A stretch of DNA of 64,000 bases from a virus (Duplodnaviria; Caudoviricetes), in the IMG/VR virus record IMGVR_UViG_3300011116_001007; one strand, given 5' to 3'. The notes beneath the pieces were generated by a model. That model was not told the DNA's origin. It did no database searches and saw only the letters and a program-made list of their open reading frames with translations. Positions 32,562 to 42,412 of the stretch are shown piece by piece. Both the position numbers and the translations under genes were made by a program. Every line of letters starts with the position of its first letter. Position 1 is the stretch's first letter.

Positions 32562-33265
32562 AATCTTGTTACCTTGGTCATTCCTGAGTAGTTTGGATCT
32601 TTATTTAGATTGATACTGACTTTGTGCATTTTAACACGAGTTTCAGATTTTGTCACCCATCCTGGTAACACTGCATCTAAGTAAGCCAAATGTTCTTCAG
32701 GACTGGGGTGCGGATCAGGTCCGGGTTTGGGCCAGTTGTTTTTAAAAACTGTTTTATCGTATCCGGGTAAAATGCAATCTAGCACATTGCTGTAAAGTCG
32801 CATGACATCACGATATTGACTCACATCATCGTCGTCATTGGGTCTTGCCATGAGTTCAACCATGCTTAAAAATTTCCAGTCAACTCCTGGACGTGATTCT
32901 AACAATGTTTTAACAGCTTTGATATATGCTAAATCTCGTATTAAAAATCCTCGCTCATCAATATGTGAACGAATATATTCTGGATGATACACCGTTTTGG
33001 CAAAATATGCATTTCCCGGTGTATGCCAGCGATTGTCTACATATCTATCTTCACGATCTATACTGGTCCAACACACAACCACAGTGTCACCTGGACCAAA
33101 AGTATTGCGTTGATCACATTCCATTACTGAATTGAATATGTAGTGATTGCCGCCACCGGCCTGTCCCCAATTTTGTGTGTGATCAAACTCAGGCTCTAAA
33201 CAATCCACCCAAGTAGGCCAACGATAGTTGGTAAAACTACAACCAAATGCAAATAATCGGCTCAT
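32558..33265 (-). CDS. SGNH-like protein
   Basis: GCSFT, GGGN, DPHPS. Confidence 0.65.
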   Translation of the reverse strand: MSRLFAFGCSFTNYRWPTWVDCLEPEFDHTQNWGQAGGGNHYIFNSVMECDQRNTFGPGDTVVVCWTSIDREDRYVDNRWHTPGNAYFAKTVYHPEYIRSHIDERGFLIRDLAYIKAVKTLLESRPGVDWKFLSMVELMARPNDDDDVSQYRDVMRLYSNVLDCILPGYDKTVFKNNWPKPGPDPHPSPEEHLAYLDAVLPGWVTKSETRVKMHKVSINLNKDPNYSGMTKVTRL

Positions 33266-34044
33266 GTTTTCCGAGCTTTGACCAGAAGGTGCCACCCAAG
33301 ATATTCTTTGATGGCATCTCGCATGTCAGCCGGCATGGCCTCAAACCAAGGTTCCAATTCATATCTACCTTGTTTGTAAGCCGGCACATCGTACATGAAA
33401 CAATGTGCCTGGCGCAAACGCTCAATATGAAAACGGTCGCCCAACAATGCATACACTTCTTCATTGGTGTAGGCCTTGGCATACGGGCAACCATTTTGTG
33501 CTTCAAATTGATCGAGACCTTTACGAATCATGCTGTACTTCCAGCTGTTTTTGGCGTATACCAAAAATCTAAATTCGCCGTGAGGCACCAACACGTCATA
33601 TGCATTTTGTATCATATCATCAATCCGTGGAAAGTGATGCATGACTCCGCAACTGTAAACCAAATCAAACTGGCCCAGGCCTTGGTATACCGCAGCATCA
33701 CTGGCATCGCCGCACACAAAGTTTCCATCCAGCCCTTCAACTTTGAATCGTTCTTGAGCTAATTTTACCGTGCGCGGGCTAATGTCAATAGCAGTATAAT
33801 CTGCACCGTATCGGGCAAATTCAGCAGCATCTGTTCCTATGCCACAGCCAATCTCTAACACACGTTTGCCTTGCCAAAGATGAAAGCTGGCAAATTCTCT
33901 TATGTGTGACTCCACTCGATATCTGCGTTCAGATACCTGTTGATAAAATTCCAATGTTCCTACTTCGCTGGTGCCATGTAAAATATTACAAGGTTGATTG
34001 TCCCAGTAGCGTATGATACGCTGTTCAAGTGTTTGGTCGTTCAT
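33262..34044 (-). CDS. class I SAM-dependent methyltransferase
   Basis: VLEIGCGIG, GVMHH. Confidence 0.9.
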   Translation of the reverse strand: MNDQTLEQRIIRYWDNQPCNILHGTSEVGTLEFYQQVSERRYRVESHIREFASFHLWQGKRVLEIGCGIGTDAAEFARYGADYTAIDISPRTVKLAQERFKVEGLDGNFVCGDASDAAVYQGLGQFDLVYSCGVMHHFPRIDDMIQNAYDVLVPHGEFRFLVYAKNSWKYSMIRKGLDQFEAQNGCPYAKAYTNEEVYALLGDRFHIERLRQAHCFMYDVPAYKQGRYELEPWFEAMPADMRDAIKEYLGWHLLVKARKT

Positions 34045-34047
34045 TGA

Positions 34048-34893
34048 TTATCCTTCCATGATAGATCGTTTGATCTCCATGCTCCATTGTGATTGTTGAT
34101 GATTTACGTCATTGATCTTGAGTTTTTCCCAGGGGTCTTGTGTGCCTCTAAGTACGTTTTTAAAAAACTCAGTGCTCATTCCTATACTTTCCATGTATGC
34201 AGCAATTTTCCTACAATCGCTATATCGTAGTTCTATCACATCCGCGTATAAAAAATCTCTAGGGTCTTTGGGATTGCCTTCCAGCATGGGTCTGTTGTTG
34301 AAAGTAGCGTCTTGATTTTTTCCAGTGAGATCGTAACGTTCATGTGCCACATCAACAGGTATGCGTTCAAACACATCTAGTATGTAGGCCTGTTGACTCA
34401 GCCATGCATCAGAAATTTGATGCGGGCAAAGATATCCCAACAATTCCAGCCACTTGCGTGGCACAATGGGAAAAATACTGTAAGGATGTAAATTGTGTGT
34501 GCAGAATGCCAACAGTTTGAATTTACCTTCATGTTTCATAATTTCACTATCCCATGCAGGCGTCTGCATCACAGCATCGTCATTCCAAATGATATACCAA
34601 CGAGATTTGACCATGCGTGCCATTGCATTCACATATTCGTTCAGTCGAATATACCCCATGGGTTCAAATTTCATTGCGGTGTAGTTGGCTTTGATAGAAT
34701 CCAACCAGGGTTTCAAACTGGTATAAAAATAGTCTGTGCCCACAGCATCGTCCTGATCAAAACCCAGCATTAAGTATATTGACTTTGGGTCAGCTGCATT
34801 GTCGTACAGTGATTGTACACTTCGTCTCAGTGCAGTAGTACGCCCTCGTGTGGGCAACAGCACACTGATATCATACTTGAATTCAGTATCCAT
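34048..34893 (-). CDS. GT-A (family 2-like) glycosyltransferase
   Basis: VLLPTRGR, WNDD (DxD-like). Confidence 0.75.
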   Translation of the reverse strand: MDTEFKYDISVLLPTRGRTTALRRSVQSLYDNAADPKSIYLMLGFDQDDAVGTDYFYTSLKPWLDSIKANYTAMKFEPMGYIRLNEYVNAMARMVKSRWYIIWNDDAVMQTPAWDSEIMKHEGKFKLLAFCTHNLHPYSIFPIVPRKWLELLGYLCPHQISDAWLSQQAYILDVFERIPVDVAHERYDLTGKNQDATFNNRPMLEGNPKDPRDFLYADVIELRYSDCRKIAAYMESIGMSTEFFKNVLRGTQDPWEKLKINDVNHQQSQWSMEIKRSIMEG

Positions 34894-34920
34894 AAATTCT
34901 CTCACAATTATTTTATACAG

Positions 34921-36921
34921 TTAATACGTTTTTTTAATAGAAAAAGTACCTTGTGCTTTGGCAGCACCAGCACCGCGATGTGTACCTTTGAGATTTTCAA
35001 CTCCTACCAAATCCACTGTGGCTTTGCCAAAATTTCTGCGTCTTGCAAAATAAAACAACTCCAAAAATCGATTGCGGCTCATGGTTTTGTCTTCTGGAAA
35101 GTCCAAGCGATATGTTGTGGCAGTCTTCTGTAGAGCTTGGTTGAAACTCAAATAATCCCAAATATTATAGTCCAATTCAAGATTCATTGGATATTGATTT
35201 CTGTCGTTGTATTTGATGTAGTAACCTCTTTGCAGCTTCATCAAACTGGCCAACAAATCTTTGGGTAAGTCGTAACGTTGTAAAAATATTTCCAAGAAAT
35301 CATACAGTTCATCCACACGATCTTCTTGATGCATGTTCATACTGGTTCTATGAATGATATTCCAACCGTGTATCTCCACACCAATCTTGGGATGGTTAAT
35401 TCGACCAGTGGTCATCCAGTTGGAGAAATATTGCCTTGCCTCAGCTTCTTCCTTTTTTAACCAATCGTTGGTCAGAAAGTACGCAAATAAATCTTCATAG
35501 TAGTCGTTGTAACTTAGGCCTTTGTACTTGTTGATGAATCTAGCAACCAGAGTAGCAAATCCATTGATATGGAATGTGGTCTGGAACCACGAAAAGATCT
35601 GTGCATCCAACATCACTGGGGTAGGCATATCTTTGGTGCCTGTTATGACATCAATGCTTTCTTCAATGTGTTCCACACTGTAACTGCCGGCAAAGTAATC
35701 AGTAACAGGTTGACTGGTGATCTTGAACAGTTTCTTTTGCAACAAGTTCATTTCGGCGTTTTCCAACAACTGTGCCTGGAACACAGTGATACCAGTGTGC
35801 TGATTCAAATCATACAATGCATAGAAGTTTTTCTTCCATGATTCCAGTGACTCTCCGGGCAAACCAAGTATGAGTTCTGTGTAGGCAGGAATGTTGCGCT
35901 GGTCGCACAGCTCAAACACTTCTTCTAACTTGTTCATCTCCATGTTTTTTCGACGAATGTTTTCCAGCACATCCAAATCTAAACTTTGTACACTCAGTGT
36001 CAGGCCTTGGTTGAAGCCACGTGCGTCCAACAATTTCTTCACAATGTCTATGACTTCTTTCTTTTGATTTTTAGCCCAGGCCACACTGAATGTTCTCGGA
36101 GATCCGTACTTTTCTTGCATCTCAATGATCTTGTCTGCAATCATGCCATCACGTTCGGGGAACATACCAAAGTTGGCATCTGTAATTGAGATCCAGTCAA
36201 AGTTGTGTTTGGCCATCCATTCCAGTTCCTCAAACACACGTTCTAGTTCGAACTTCTTGACCTTGTTATAGGTCAGACTGCCCCAGTCACAAAATGTGCA
36301 AGCAAATGGGCATCCACGATTGGTTTCCAAAGTACCTTGCCATGTCACGTCAGGATGTTCGGCTATCATTTGATCAAAGATGCCTGCCAAGTACGGACTT
36401 GGCACTTCTTCTAATGATTCAATGCGTTTGGCATCTTGTGTCTTTACTGCTCGACCATCTCTGTTGATCAACACACCGGATACATTTTCCCAATCTTTGG
36501 TTTCAAAATGCTGTAGCACATTTTTGAAAGTTATTTCTCCTTCGTAGCAGATCACGAGATCTATAAAAGGTTCTTTCACAAACAAGTCAGGATCGGTAAT
36601 TGCAACTTCGGGGCCACCAAACACAGTCAACACAGCAGGATTTATTTCTTTGATTCGTTTGGCCAGTGCATAATTGTACCGATGATTCCATACGTAGGTG
36701 CTGAAAGTCACAATTTGATTTTGTGCTAGACGCTGTGCCAATGGTTCTATGGCATCTCTGCGCCAGATCCAATCAGTGGCTTCAAATCGTTCGCGGATCT
36801 CTGGGTCAGCTAGACTGTAACTCCATACTACACCAGCTGAGTAGGGCAGGTAATACGCATTGAACTCTTTGGGACCTTGTTGGAAATTGGGTTGGACCCA
36901 GGCAATTTTATGTTTCATCAT
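34921..36921 (-). CDS. cobalamin-dependent radical SAM enzyme
   Basis: B12-binding fold (GGPE), ETNRGCPFACTFCDW, DANFG. Confidence 0.92.
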   Translation of the reverse strand: MMKHKIAWVQPNFQQGPKEFNAYYLPYSAGVVWSYSLADPEIRERFEATDWIWRRDAIEPLAQRLAQNQIVTFSTYVWNHRYNYALAKRIKEINPAVLTVFGGPEVAITDPDLFVKEPFIDLVICYEGEITFKNVLQHFETKDWENVSGVLINRDGRAVKTQDAKRIESLEEVPSPYLAGIFDQMIAEHPDVTWQGTLETNRGCPFACTFCDWGSLTYNKVKKFELERVFEELEWMAKHNFDWISITDANFGMFPERDGMIADKIIEMQEKYGSPRTFSVAWAKNQKKEVIDIVKKLLDARGFNQGLTLSVQSLDLDVLENIRRKNMEMNKLEEVFELCDQRNIPAYTELILGLPGESLESWKKNFYALYDLNQHTGITVFQAQLLENAEMNLLQKKLFKITSQPVTDYFAGSYSVEHIEESIDVITGTKDMPTPVMLDAQIFSWFQTTFHINGFATLVARFINKYKGLSYNDYYEDLFAYFLTNDWLKKEEAEARQYFSNWMTTGRINHPKIGVEIHGWNIIHRTSMNMHQEDRVDELYDFLEIFLQRYDLPKDLLASLMKLQRGYYIKYNDRNQYPMNLELDYNIWDYLSFNQALQKTATTYRLDFPEDKTMSRNRFLELFYFARRRNFGKATVDLVGVENLKGTHRGAGAAKAQGTFSIKKTY

Positions 36922-37787
36922 GTACTTATTGATTCTGCAGTCGCCGGTTTGCCAAAGTGTGGATTGTTAAATTGTTTCATTTGATTGTTAGGGTCGTTTT
37001 CTAGCAGTCGCTGCCACGGCTCTTGAGTACCTTTAAACACATTTTCGAAATATTCAGTACTCTGCCCATGCTCTTGCATGTACATGGCCAATTTGGCACA
37101 GTCACCTTGACGTATTTGAAGATTTGGTAAACTATGGAAATCATTTGGATCCAGTGGTTTGCCTTCTAAAATATGTCGGTCCAAGAAAGTGGCATCCCCG
37201 TTGTTGCCAGTAAGATCAAATCGATCGTGTAACACATCAACTGGAATTCTGTGATAGATATCCAACAGGTATGCTTGTTGACTCACCCACCCATCTTGTG
37301 TGCTGTGCGGAGAGATATAACCCAACAAATCAAACCAAGCACGAGGTATAGTGGGAAAGATGCTGTAAGGATGCATGTTATGAGTACAGAAGCCCAACAA
37401 TTTCAAATGCGGATCTGTGTAGCTCATGATCACACTGTCCCATCCTTTGGTTTGCATCACAGCATCATCATTCCAGATCATCAACCATTCGCTGTCAGAC
37501 AGCTTGGCCAATGCATTGTTGTATTTGTGCAGATTCACATAGCCTAACCGATCAAACCGCATGGCCACGTAGGTGACTGATTGAGAATCTAACCAAGGCT
37601 GCAATGTTTCTTTAAAAAAACTTGTGCCTATTTCATCGTCCTTGTCAAATGCAAACATCAATTGCAATTTTTTAGGATCATCTGCCAGTTCTACTAGACT
37701 GCGTATGCTGCGGTCTAGACTGGCAGTGCGGCCACGAGTGGCCAATAGCATGGCTATGTTATAACGATGTTCAGTCATTGAATTCAT
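36918..37787 (-). CDS. GT-A glycosyltransferase, paralog of 34048-34893
   Basis: LATRGR, WNDDAVMQT, FCTHNMHPYSIFP. Confidence 0.75.
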   Translation of the reverse strand: MNSMTEHRYNIAMLLATRGRTASLDRSIRSLVELADDPKKLQLMFAFDKDDEIGTSFFKETLQPWLDSQSVTYVAMRFDRLGYVNLHKYNNALAKLSDSEWLMIWNDDAVMQTKGWDSVIMSYTDPHLKLLGFCTHNMHPYSIFPTIPRAWFDLLGYISPHSTQDGWVSQQAYLLDIYHRIPVDVLHDRFDLTGNNGDATFLDRHILEGKPLDPNDFHSLPNLQIRQGDCAKLAMYMQEHGQSTEYFENVFKGTQEPWQRLLENDPNNQMKQFNNPHFGKPATAESIST

Positions 37788-38253
37788 GGTCCTCTCTGTG
37801 TCCTTGACGTCCTGCCATGTTTGAATCTGTTTCACGAACTTCTACTCTGGTACACCACACACGTCGGGCTTCTTCGCTGCCGCAGTTGGGCAAGAAGATA
37901 GTGTTAATGTATTCATACAAAAAGTCAGCAATGCCTTCACAACCAGTGCGTTCTACTTCAGTAATCTTGGCCAGTTTCAAGCGACCCAGTTCCAACAGGT
38001 GCTCACGCATGGGATCATCTTGTGCCACTAACAAAGTATGGTCAAACCATTCTTCTAGTTTTTCTTTGAGCGGTTTCAGTCCACCAAAGTCAGTGACCCA
38101 GTTACGTGCGTCCAGGGTGTCTGCTTCAAATTCGAAGTGAAAGCTCATTGCGTAACCATGTATGAGATTGCAATGACTATCCGCACGCCATTGACGATAG
38201 GCCACAGGGCCAATTTGCCTGTAAGTTTTTGTTGAAAAATATTTCTTTGCCAT
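37771..38253 (-). CDS. queD: 6-carboxy-5,6,7,8-tetrahydropterin synthase
   Basis: C..IHGY, DFG, FDHT, EVRET. Confidence 0.92.
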   Translation of the reverse strand: MAKKYFSTKTYRQIGPVAYRQWRADSHCNLIHGYAMSFHFEFEADTLDARNWVTDFGGLKPLKEKLEEWFDHTLLVAQDDPMREHLLELGRLKLAKITEVERTGCEGIADFLYEYINTIFLPNCGSEEARRVWCTRVEVRETDSNMAGRQGHREDHEFND

Positions 38254-38326
38254 GATTTTCTCCTATGTTAGATTATAGCATAGGCGGCGGAGTTTGTATA
38301 GCGGGACGATGCCGATAGGCCGCTGT
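38254..38326 (-). promoter_or_regulatory. structured queD leader (riboswitch candidate)
   Basis: AGCGG/CCGCT stem; CCTATG/CATAGG stem sequesters the AGGAG RBS. Confidence 0.45.
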
Positions 38327-38334
38327 ATGGATAT

Positions 38335-38727
38335 TTATGCTGGCTGTTTATAGCCATCTGTTTTGTAGTTGGCCTGCCCAGGTATGACCCCACGCACACC
38401 ACCTATTGGATCAGTACAATCACCGTGCCGCCGAGGGATCAAATGTATGTGTGGATACATCACAGTCTGACCAGCAGCGGTGCCAGAATTAAAACCAATA
38501 TTGTATCCATCATATTCTCCCTGTCTCACCATTCTTTCGCCATATCGTAATGCACTTTCAAATGCATCATTGATCACTGTGAGAGTATTGTAGTTTGGTA
38601 CGAACAGCAAATGTCCCGGTGCGACTGGATAACGATCTTGAAACACGGTGACGTGAAAATCACTGAGGTCTTTAAGATGTTGATCCCACGGTGCTATGCC
38701 TGTTTGTTGTGCTTCTGCTAAATCCAT
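38335..38727 (-). CDS. HIT family nucleotide hydrolase
   Basis: GHLLFVP, AGQTVMYPHIHLIPR. Confidence 0.92.
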   Translation of the reverse strand: MDLAEAQQTGIAPWDQHLKDLSDFHVTVFQDRYPVAPGHLLFVPNYNTLTVINDAFESALRYGERMVRQGEYDGYNIGFNSGTAAGQTVMYPHIHLIPRRHGDCTDPIGGVRGVIPGQANYKTDGYKQPA

Positions 38728-40007
38728 TATAAATCTTTCGTATAAAAAGTGTATTGACCCAGGATGAGATTTTCGTACATTAGCACTTTGTAACTATTGT
38801 TACGGGTTTTGTACAATGTCAAATATTGCATTGATAAATCAGTTGATGTTTTACTAAATGATACAGTATCTTGCTTCCATAATATTGCTGCTGGCGCAGC
38901 CTTACCATCGCCAACGATTAGAGATATTTTTGAACCAGCATCAACCACACGAGAATACATTGCAAAAGCAAAATCATTTGTTTGTGAAGGAAAGTATGTG
39001 TTGGTTTGATCAACAAAGTTAAAATTGCCCTGATTGACCAACACCGTAAATTTACCAGTTGGAGTTGTGGATCTAAAATTGCCATTGTCAAGCAATACCA
39101 CATCCTGGTCACCATCTTTATCTATGTCAACAATCACTACACTAACTATATCGTGAGTGAGATTCATATTGTCTCGTTCTTCACTGCCGGGTAATCCACG
39201 AGTGGTAATATAATTCATGTTTGAATCAAACACTCTCACATAAGCACTGTAATTCCCTTCGGTGGCAACATCGGTTGTGATAATACCAATGTTTCCGGTA
39301 GTTGAATCTTTGACAATGCTGCATGCACCGGCGCTGCTGATGGGTGTGTTGGTAAGCGAGTGATTTACCGTGAATGACCTTGACCCGTTGTTTACCAAAA
39401 TGGTATTGGGGCTGGTTCCATTTGCGCCCATCACAATATCTTTGCGGCCAGTGCCTCGCAAATCTCCTGCACATGCTGCATGTGCCCATACAGATTCTGT
39501 AAAGTCCTGTCGAGTCCATGTTGATCCATTGTTCCAAAACATCACACTGGTGGCCGACCGGCTGGGCACATCCTGAAACCCACCAACAAAAATATCCGGT
39601 CGGCCATCATTATCAAAATCCTCAATGAGAATTCGTTGTGCGCCAGCAATCATATTATTTGATCCCAGCAGTGCATCCGTGCGATCTAATAACGTGCCAT
39701 TTTCTTGTTGTATGAGAATTTTTACAGGCACGTTAGCATTACGAACACCAGACCAACCTGCAGGCATCACCGCCCATCCAGTGACCACAACATCCTCTAA
39801 TCCATCTCCGTTCAAATCAGCCACTGCAACATTGAATGAATGGCTCACACTGTTTTCGTTTTGATAAGCCATCACTTTGTTAGCAGTATTGATCACAGCA
39901 GTTTGGCTAGGCACTGGACTAGGAATTGAGTTATTGCTTGCTGTTCCGTCACCGCCGCCACCACACGCGGATAACAGTATAGTTAACAAAATAAAAATCT
40001 GTTTCAT
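38727..40007 (-). CDS. FG-GAP/VCBS repeat lipoprotein
   Basis: Lipobox LSAC; repeats DLNGDGLED, DFDNDGRPD, DLRGTGRKD, DIDKDGDQD. Confidence 0.85.
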   Translation of the reverse strand: MKQIFILLTILLSACGGGGDGTASNNSIPSPVPSQTAVINTANKVMAYQNENSVSHSFNVAVADLNGDGLEDVVVTGWAVMPAGWSGVRNANVPVKILIQQENGTLLDRTDALLGSNNMIAGAQRILIEDFDNDGRPDIFVGGFQDVPSRSATSVMFWNNGSTWTRQDFTESVWAHAACAGDLRGTGRKDIVMGANGTSPNTILVNNGSRSFTVNHSLTNTPISSAGACSIVKDSTTGNIGIITTDVATEGNYSAYVRVFDSNMNYITTRGLPGSEERDNMNLTHDIVSVVIVDIDKDGDQDVVLLDNGNFRSTTPTGKFTVLVNQGNFNFVDQTNTYFPSQTNDFAFAMYSRVVDAGSKISLIVGDGKAAPAAILWKQDTVSFSKTSTDLSMQYLTLYKTRNNSYKVLMYENLILGQYTFYTKDL

Positions 40008-40039
40008 AATGTAATCTAAATTGATTAGTGATACTAGAC

Positions 40040-40068
40040 ATTATAACTGAAACATAATTTTGAGTCAA
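40040..40068 (-). promoter_or_regulatory. sigma70-type promoter
   Basis: TTGACT-N17-TATAAT. Confidence 0.8.
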
Positions 40069-40097
40069 CCTACCAATTTTGTCTCTTTTGAAAAGAT

Positions 40098-40886
40098 TTA
40101 TCTTGGTGCAAATTCTTGTTGTAGTTTGATATTGTCAAAGAACTCTTTCTTTGTGCTTTGATCAGTCTGGAATGCACCTTTGAGCACAGTGGTCTGTGTG
40201 AGACTTGAATGTGCCATGATACCACGATTCTCACAGCAGCCATGAATGGCTTGTACATACACGGCCACATCTTCTGCGTCAGTTGCCTTCATTATTTCTC
40301 TGGCAATGTCGTTGCAGAGTTCTTCCTGCAAAGTACCGCGCCTAGCGCACCACTGAGCAATACGAGTATACTTAGACAACCCAATAAGTTTTTGTGCAGC
40401 GATAATTCCAATGTAGGCAACACCACTAACAGGCTGATGATGGTGACTGCACATACTACGTAACTCGCTACGCACCACCAACATGCCTTCATATCGGTCC
40501 TGCGAATCGTTTGGAAATGCTGTTGCGTCTGGTGCTGGTTCATATCGTCCTGCCATTATCTCGTTGTAATACATCTTGGCCAAACGTCGAGCAGTGCCCT
40601 TACTGTTTGGATCATTTTCACGATCAATCAGCAGTGCGTCCAGCACTTTTTCAAATGCTTCTGCGGCTTCATTGATCAAGTGTTCCTTAGCTGATTCACT
40701 TACGTAGTCTGAGATGTTATCGCCGGCCCAGAATCTCTTGCCATCTGTTTTCATTCGATCGCGCAATGCGGCACTGAGATATTTGCCAGTGGTACCTGGT
40801 TCTTTTTTTACATATAGTTTTTGTTCCATAGGAACGAATTCTTGGTCTTGAGGAGTCAGTAGTGGATCAGGTACAAAGTCGGTCAT
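40098..40886 (-). CDS. folE: GTP cyclohydrolase I
   Basis: SMCSHH, GLSK..R, QE, HGCCENRG. Confidence 0.95.
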   Translation of the reverse strand: MTDFVPDPLLTPQDQEFVPMEQKLYVKKEPGTTGKYLSAALRDRMKTDGKRFWAGDNISDYVSESAKEHLINEAAEAFEKVLDALLIDRENDPNSKGTARRLAKMYYNEIMAGRYEPAPDATAFPNDSQDRYEGMLVVRSELRSMCSHHHQPVSGVAYIGIIAAQKLIGLSKYTRIAQWCARRGTLQEELCNDIAREIMKATDAEDVAVYVQAIHGCCENRGIMAHSSLTQTTVLKGAFQTDQSTKKEFFDNIKLQQEFAPR

Positions 40887-40887
40887 G

Positions 40888-41478
40888 TTATAGTTCGATG
40901 GTTATGGTTCTTAAATCTGGATACGGCACAAACACAGGCTCTTGAGATTGATATTGTTCCAACAATTCCAATCCACGTACTGCATCTTCAATTGAAGGTT
41001 TGTAATGATATCCTATCTGGAAAGTTTTTTGTGACTGCCAGGGCACAGTATTTAGATCGCGACCATCATAACGTTGTTTTATCATGGTATTGTATGCTTT
41101 CTTGTTATCTAACAGTATAGCACCGCCATGGCCTATTTGTAAAGGTTTTGTATGTCCGAAACTCACGCATTGCATCTGTCCAGCTTGATACATGCCAGCT
41201 TCCAAGCGCCTGGCGCTGTCCCATACTCTGGTATACACAAAGTTATATTCGCCTGTCCAAGTTTGTTCAGGTTCGTCCATGTACACATAGTCAATGCCCA
41301 ATTTGTGCATGGTCATTGGTATGCTGAGATAGGTGTAAGGAGTCATTTTAAGACCGCGTACCCGATCATAACGCAAGCACAGTTCAATTGCATGGGTGCA
41401 GCAATCAGTCATGATTGCATAAGGTGCACCAGTGAATTTGGCCAGTGCTTTTTCAAACTCAAAAATTTTATCGAACAT
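40888..41478 (-). CDS. short DegT-like PLP enzyme
   Basis: DCCTHA, DSA, SFGHTKPL..GHGG; only 196 aa. Confidence 0.75.
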   Translation of the reverse strand: MFDKIFEFEKALAKFTGAPYAIMTDCCTHAIELCLRYDRVRGLKMTPYTYLSIPMTMHKLGIDYVYMDEPEQTWTGEYNFVYTRVWDSARRLEAGMYQAGQMQCVSFGHTKPLQIGHGGAILLDNKKAYNTMIKQRYDGRDLNTVPWQSQKTFQIGYHYKPSIEDAVRGLELLEQYQSQEPVFVPYPDLRTITIEL

Positions 41479-42412
41479 ACCAGTTCCAAGAATGTTGTAT
41501 CATATTATCCAATGTGTATTTTTGCCAATGACCGTACTGATCAAATTTATCTGAACTTGCTGTCAACACAGCTGGATCTCCGGCACGTTTAGGCCCTGAT
41601 CTAAAATTCAAAATTTGTTTTGTGATTCGTTGTGCAGCGTCAATAATTTCTAAATTACTCACACCTTGGTTGCTGCCAAGATTATACACACCAGCAGATA
41701 CCTTGGCATCCAATGCTGCAACATGTGCAGCAGCAATGTCTTCCACATGCACATAGTCTCGCACACAAGTACCATCATTGGTAGGATAGTCAATACCGTT
41801 GAGCACAAATTCTTGTCGATCTCTAATGCTTTCTAACACCCGCGAAATGATATGTGTACCACCAGGTTCACTGCCATGGCGTGCCTGGCTGTCGGCACCG
41901 CAGGCATTGAAATATCGAAATGCTACATAGTCTAGTTTATACGCCCGATGATAACTGGCCAGCACCTGTTCAATCATGCGCTTGCTTTCACCGTACGGAC
42001 TCAACGGTTCGCAAGGATCCGTTTCAGCACACGGAGTCATAGTGGGCTCACCATATACTGCTGCACTTGAACTGAAGATAAATCTGGTCTTGGGCAAAGC
42101 AGCAAGTACAAGATCCAACATGTGGATGGTCTTAATAACATTATTGTGATAGTAGTCAGATGGATATCTAATACTGGGGCCTACTAGGCTTGTGCCAGCA
42201 CAATGGATAATGGCATCAGGAACAAATTGTATCAATTTTTTACCAGCTGTGTCACTGTCAAAGTCGGCCAGCACAAACTGATTGAATACTTCTTTGAGAT
42301 GCGACGGGCACGGTCTGCGATCAATACCCAGGACCTCGTGCCCGGCATCTTTCAATGCCAGTGCAATTTGCCCACCGATGTAACCGGCCGAACCAGTGAC
42401 CACTACTTTCAT
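41468..42412 (-). CDS. galE: UDP-glucose 4-epimerase
   Basis: GSAGYIG, YGESK, FRYFNACGA, RDYVHV. Confidence 0.92.
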   Translation of the reverse strand: MKVVVTGSAGYIGGQIALALKDAGHEVLGIDRRPCPSHLKEVFNQFVLADFDSDTAGKKLIQFVPDAIIHCAGTSLVGPSIRYPSDYYHNNVIKTIHMLDLVLAALPKTRFIFSSSAAVYGEPTMTPCAETDPCEPLSPYGESKRMIEQVLASYHRAYKLDYVAFRYFNACGADSQARHGSEPGGTHIISRVLESIRDRQEFVLNGIDYPTNDGTCVRDYVHVEDIAAAHVAALDAKVSAGVYNLGSNQGVSNLEIIDAAQRITKQILNFRSGPKRAGDPAVLTASSDKFDQYGHWQKYTLDNMIQHSWNWYVR

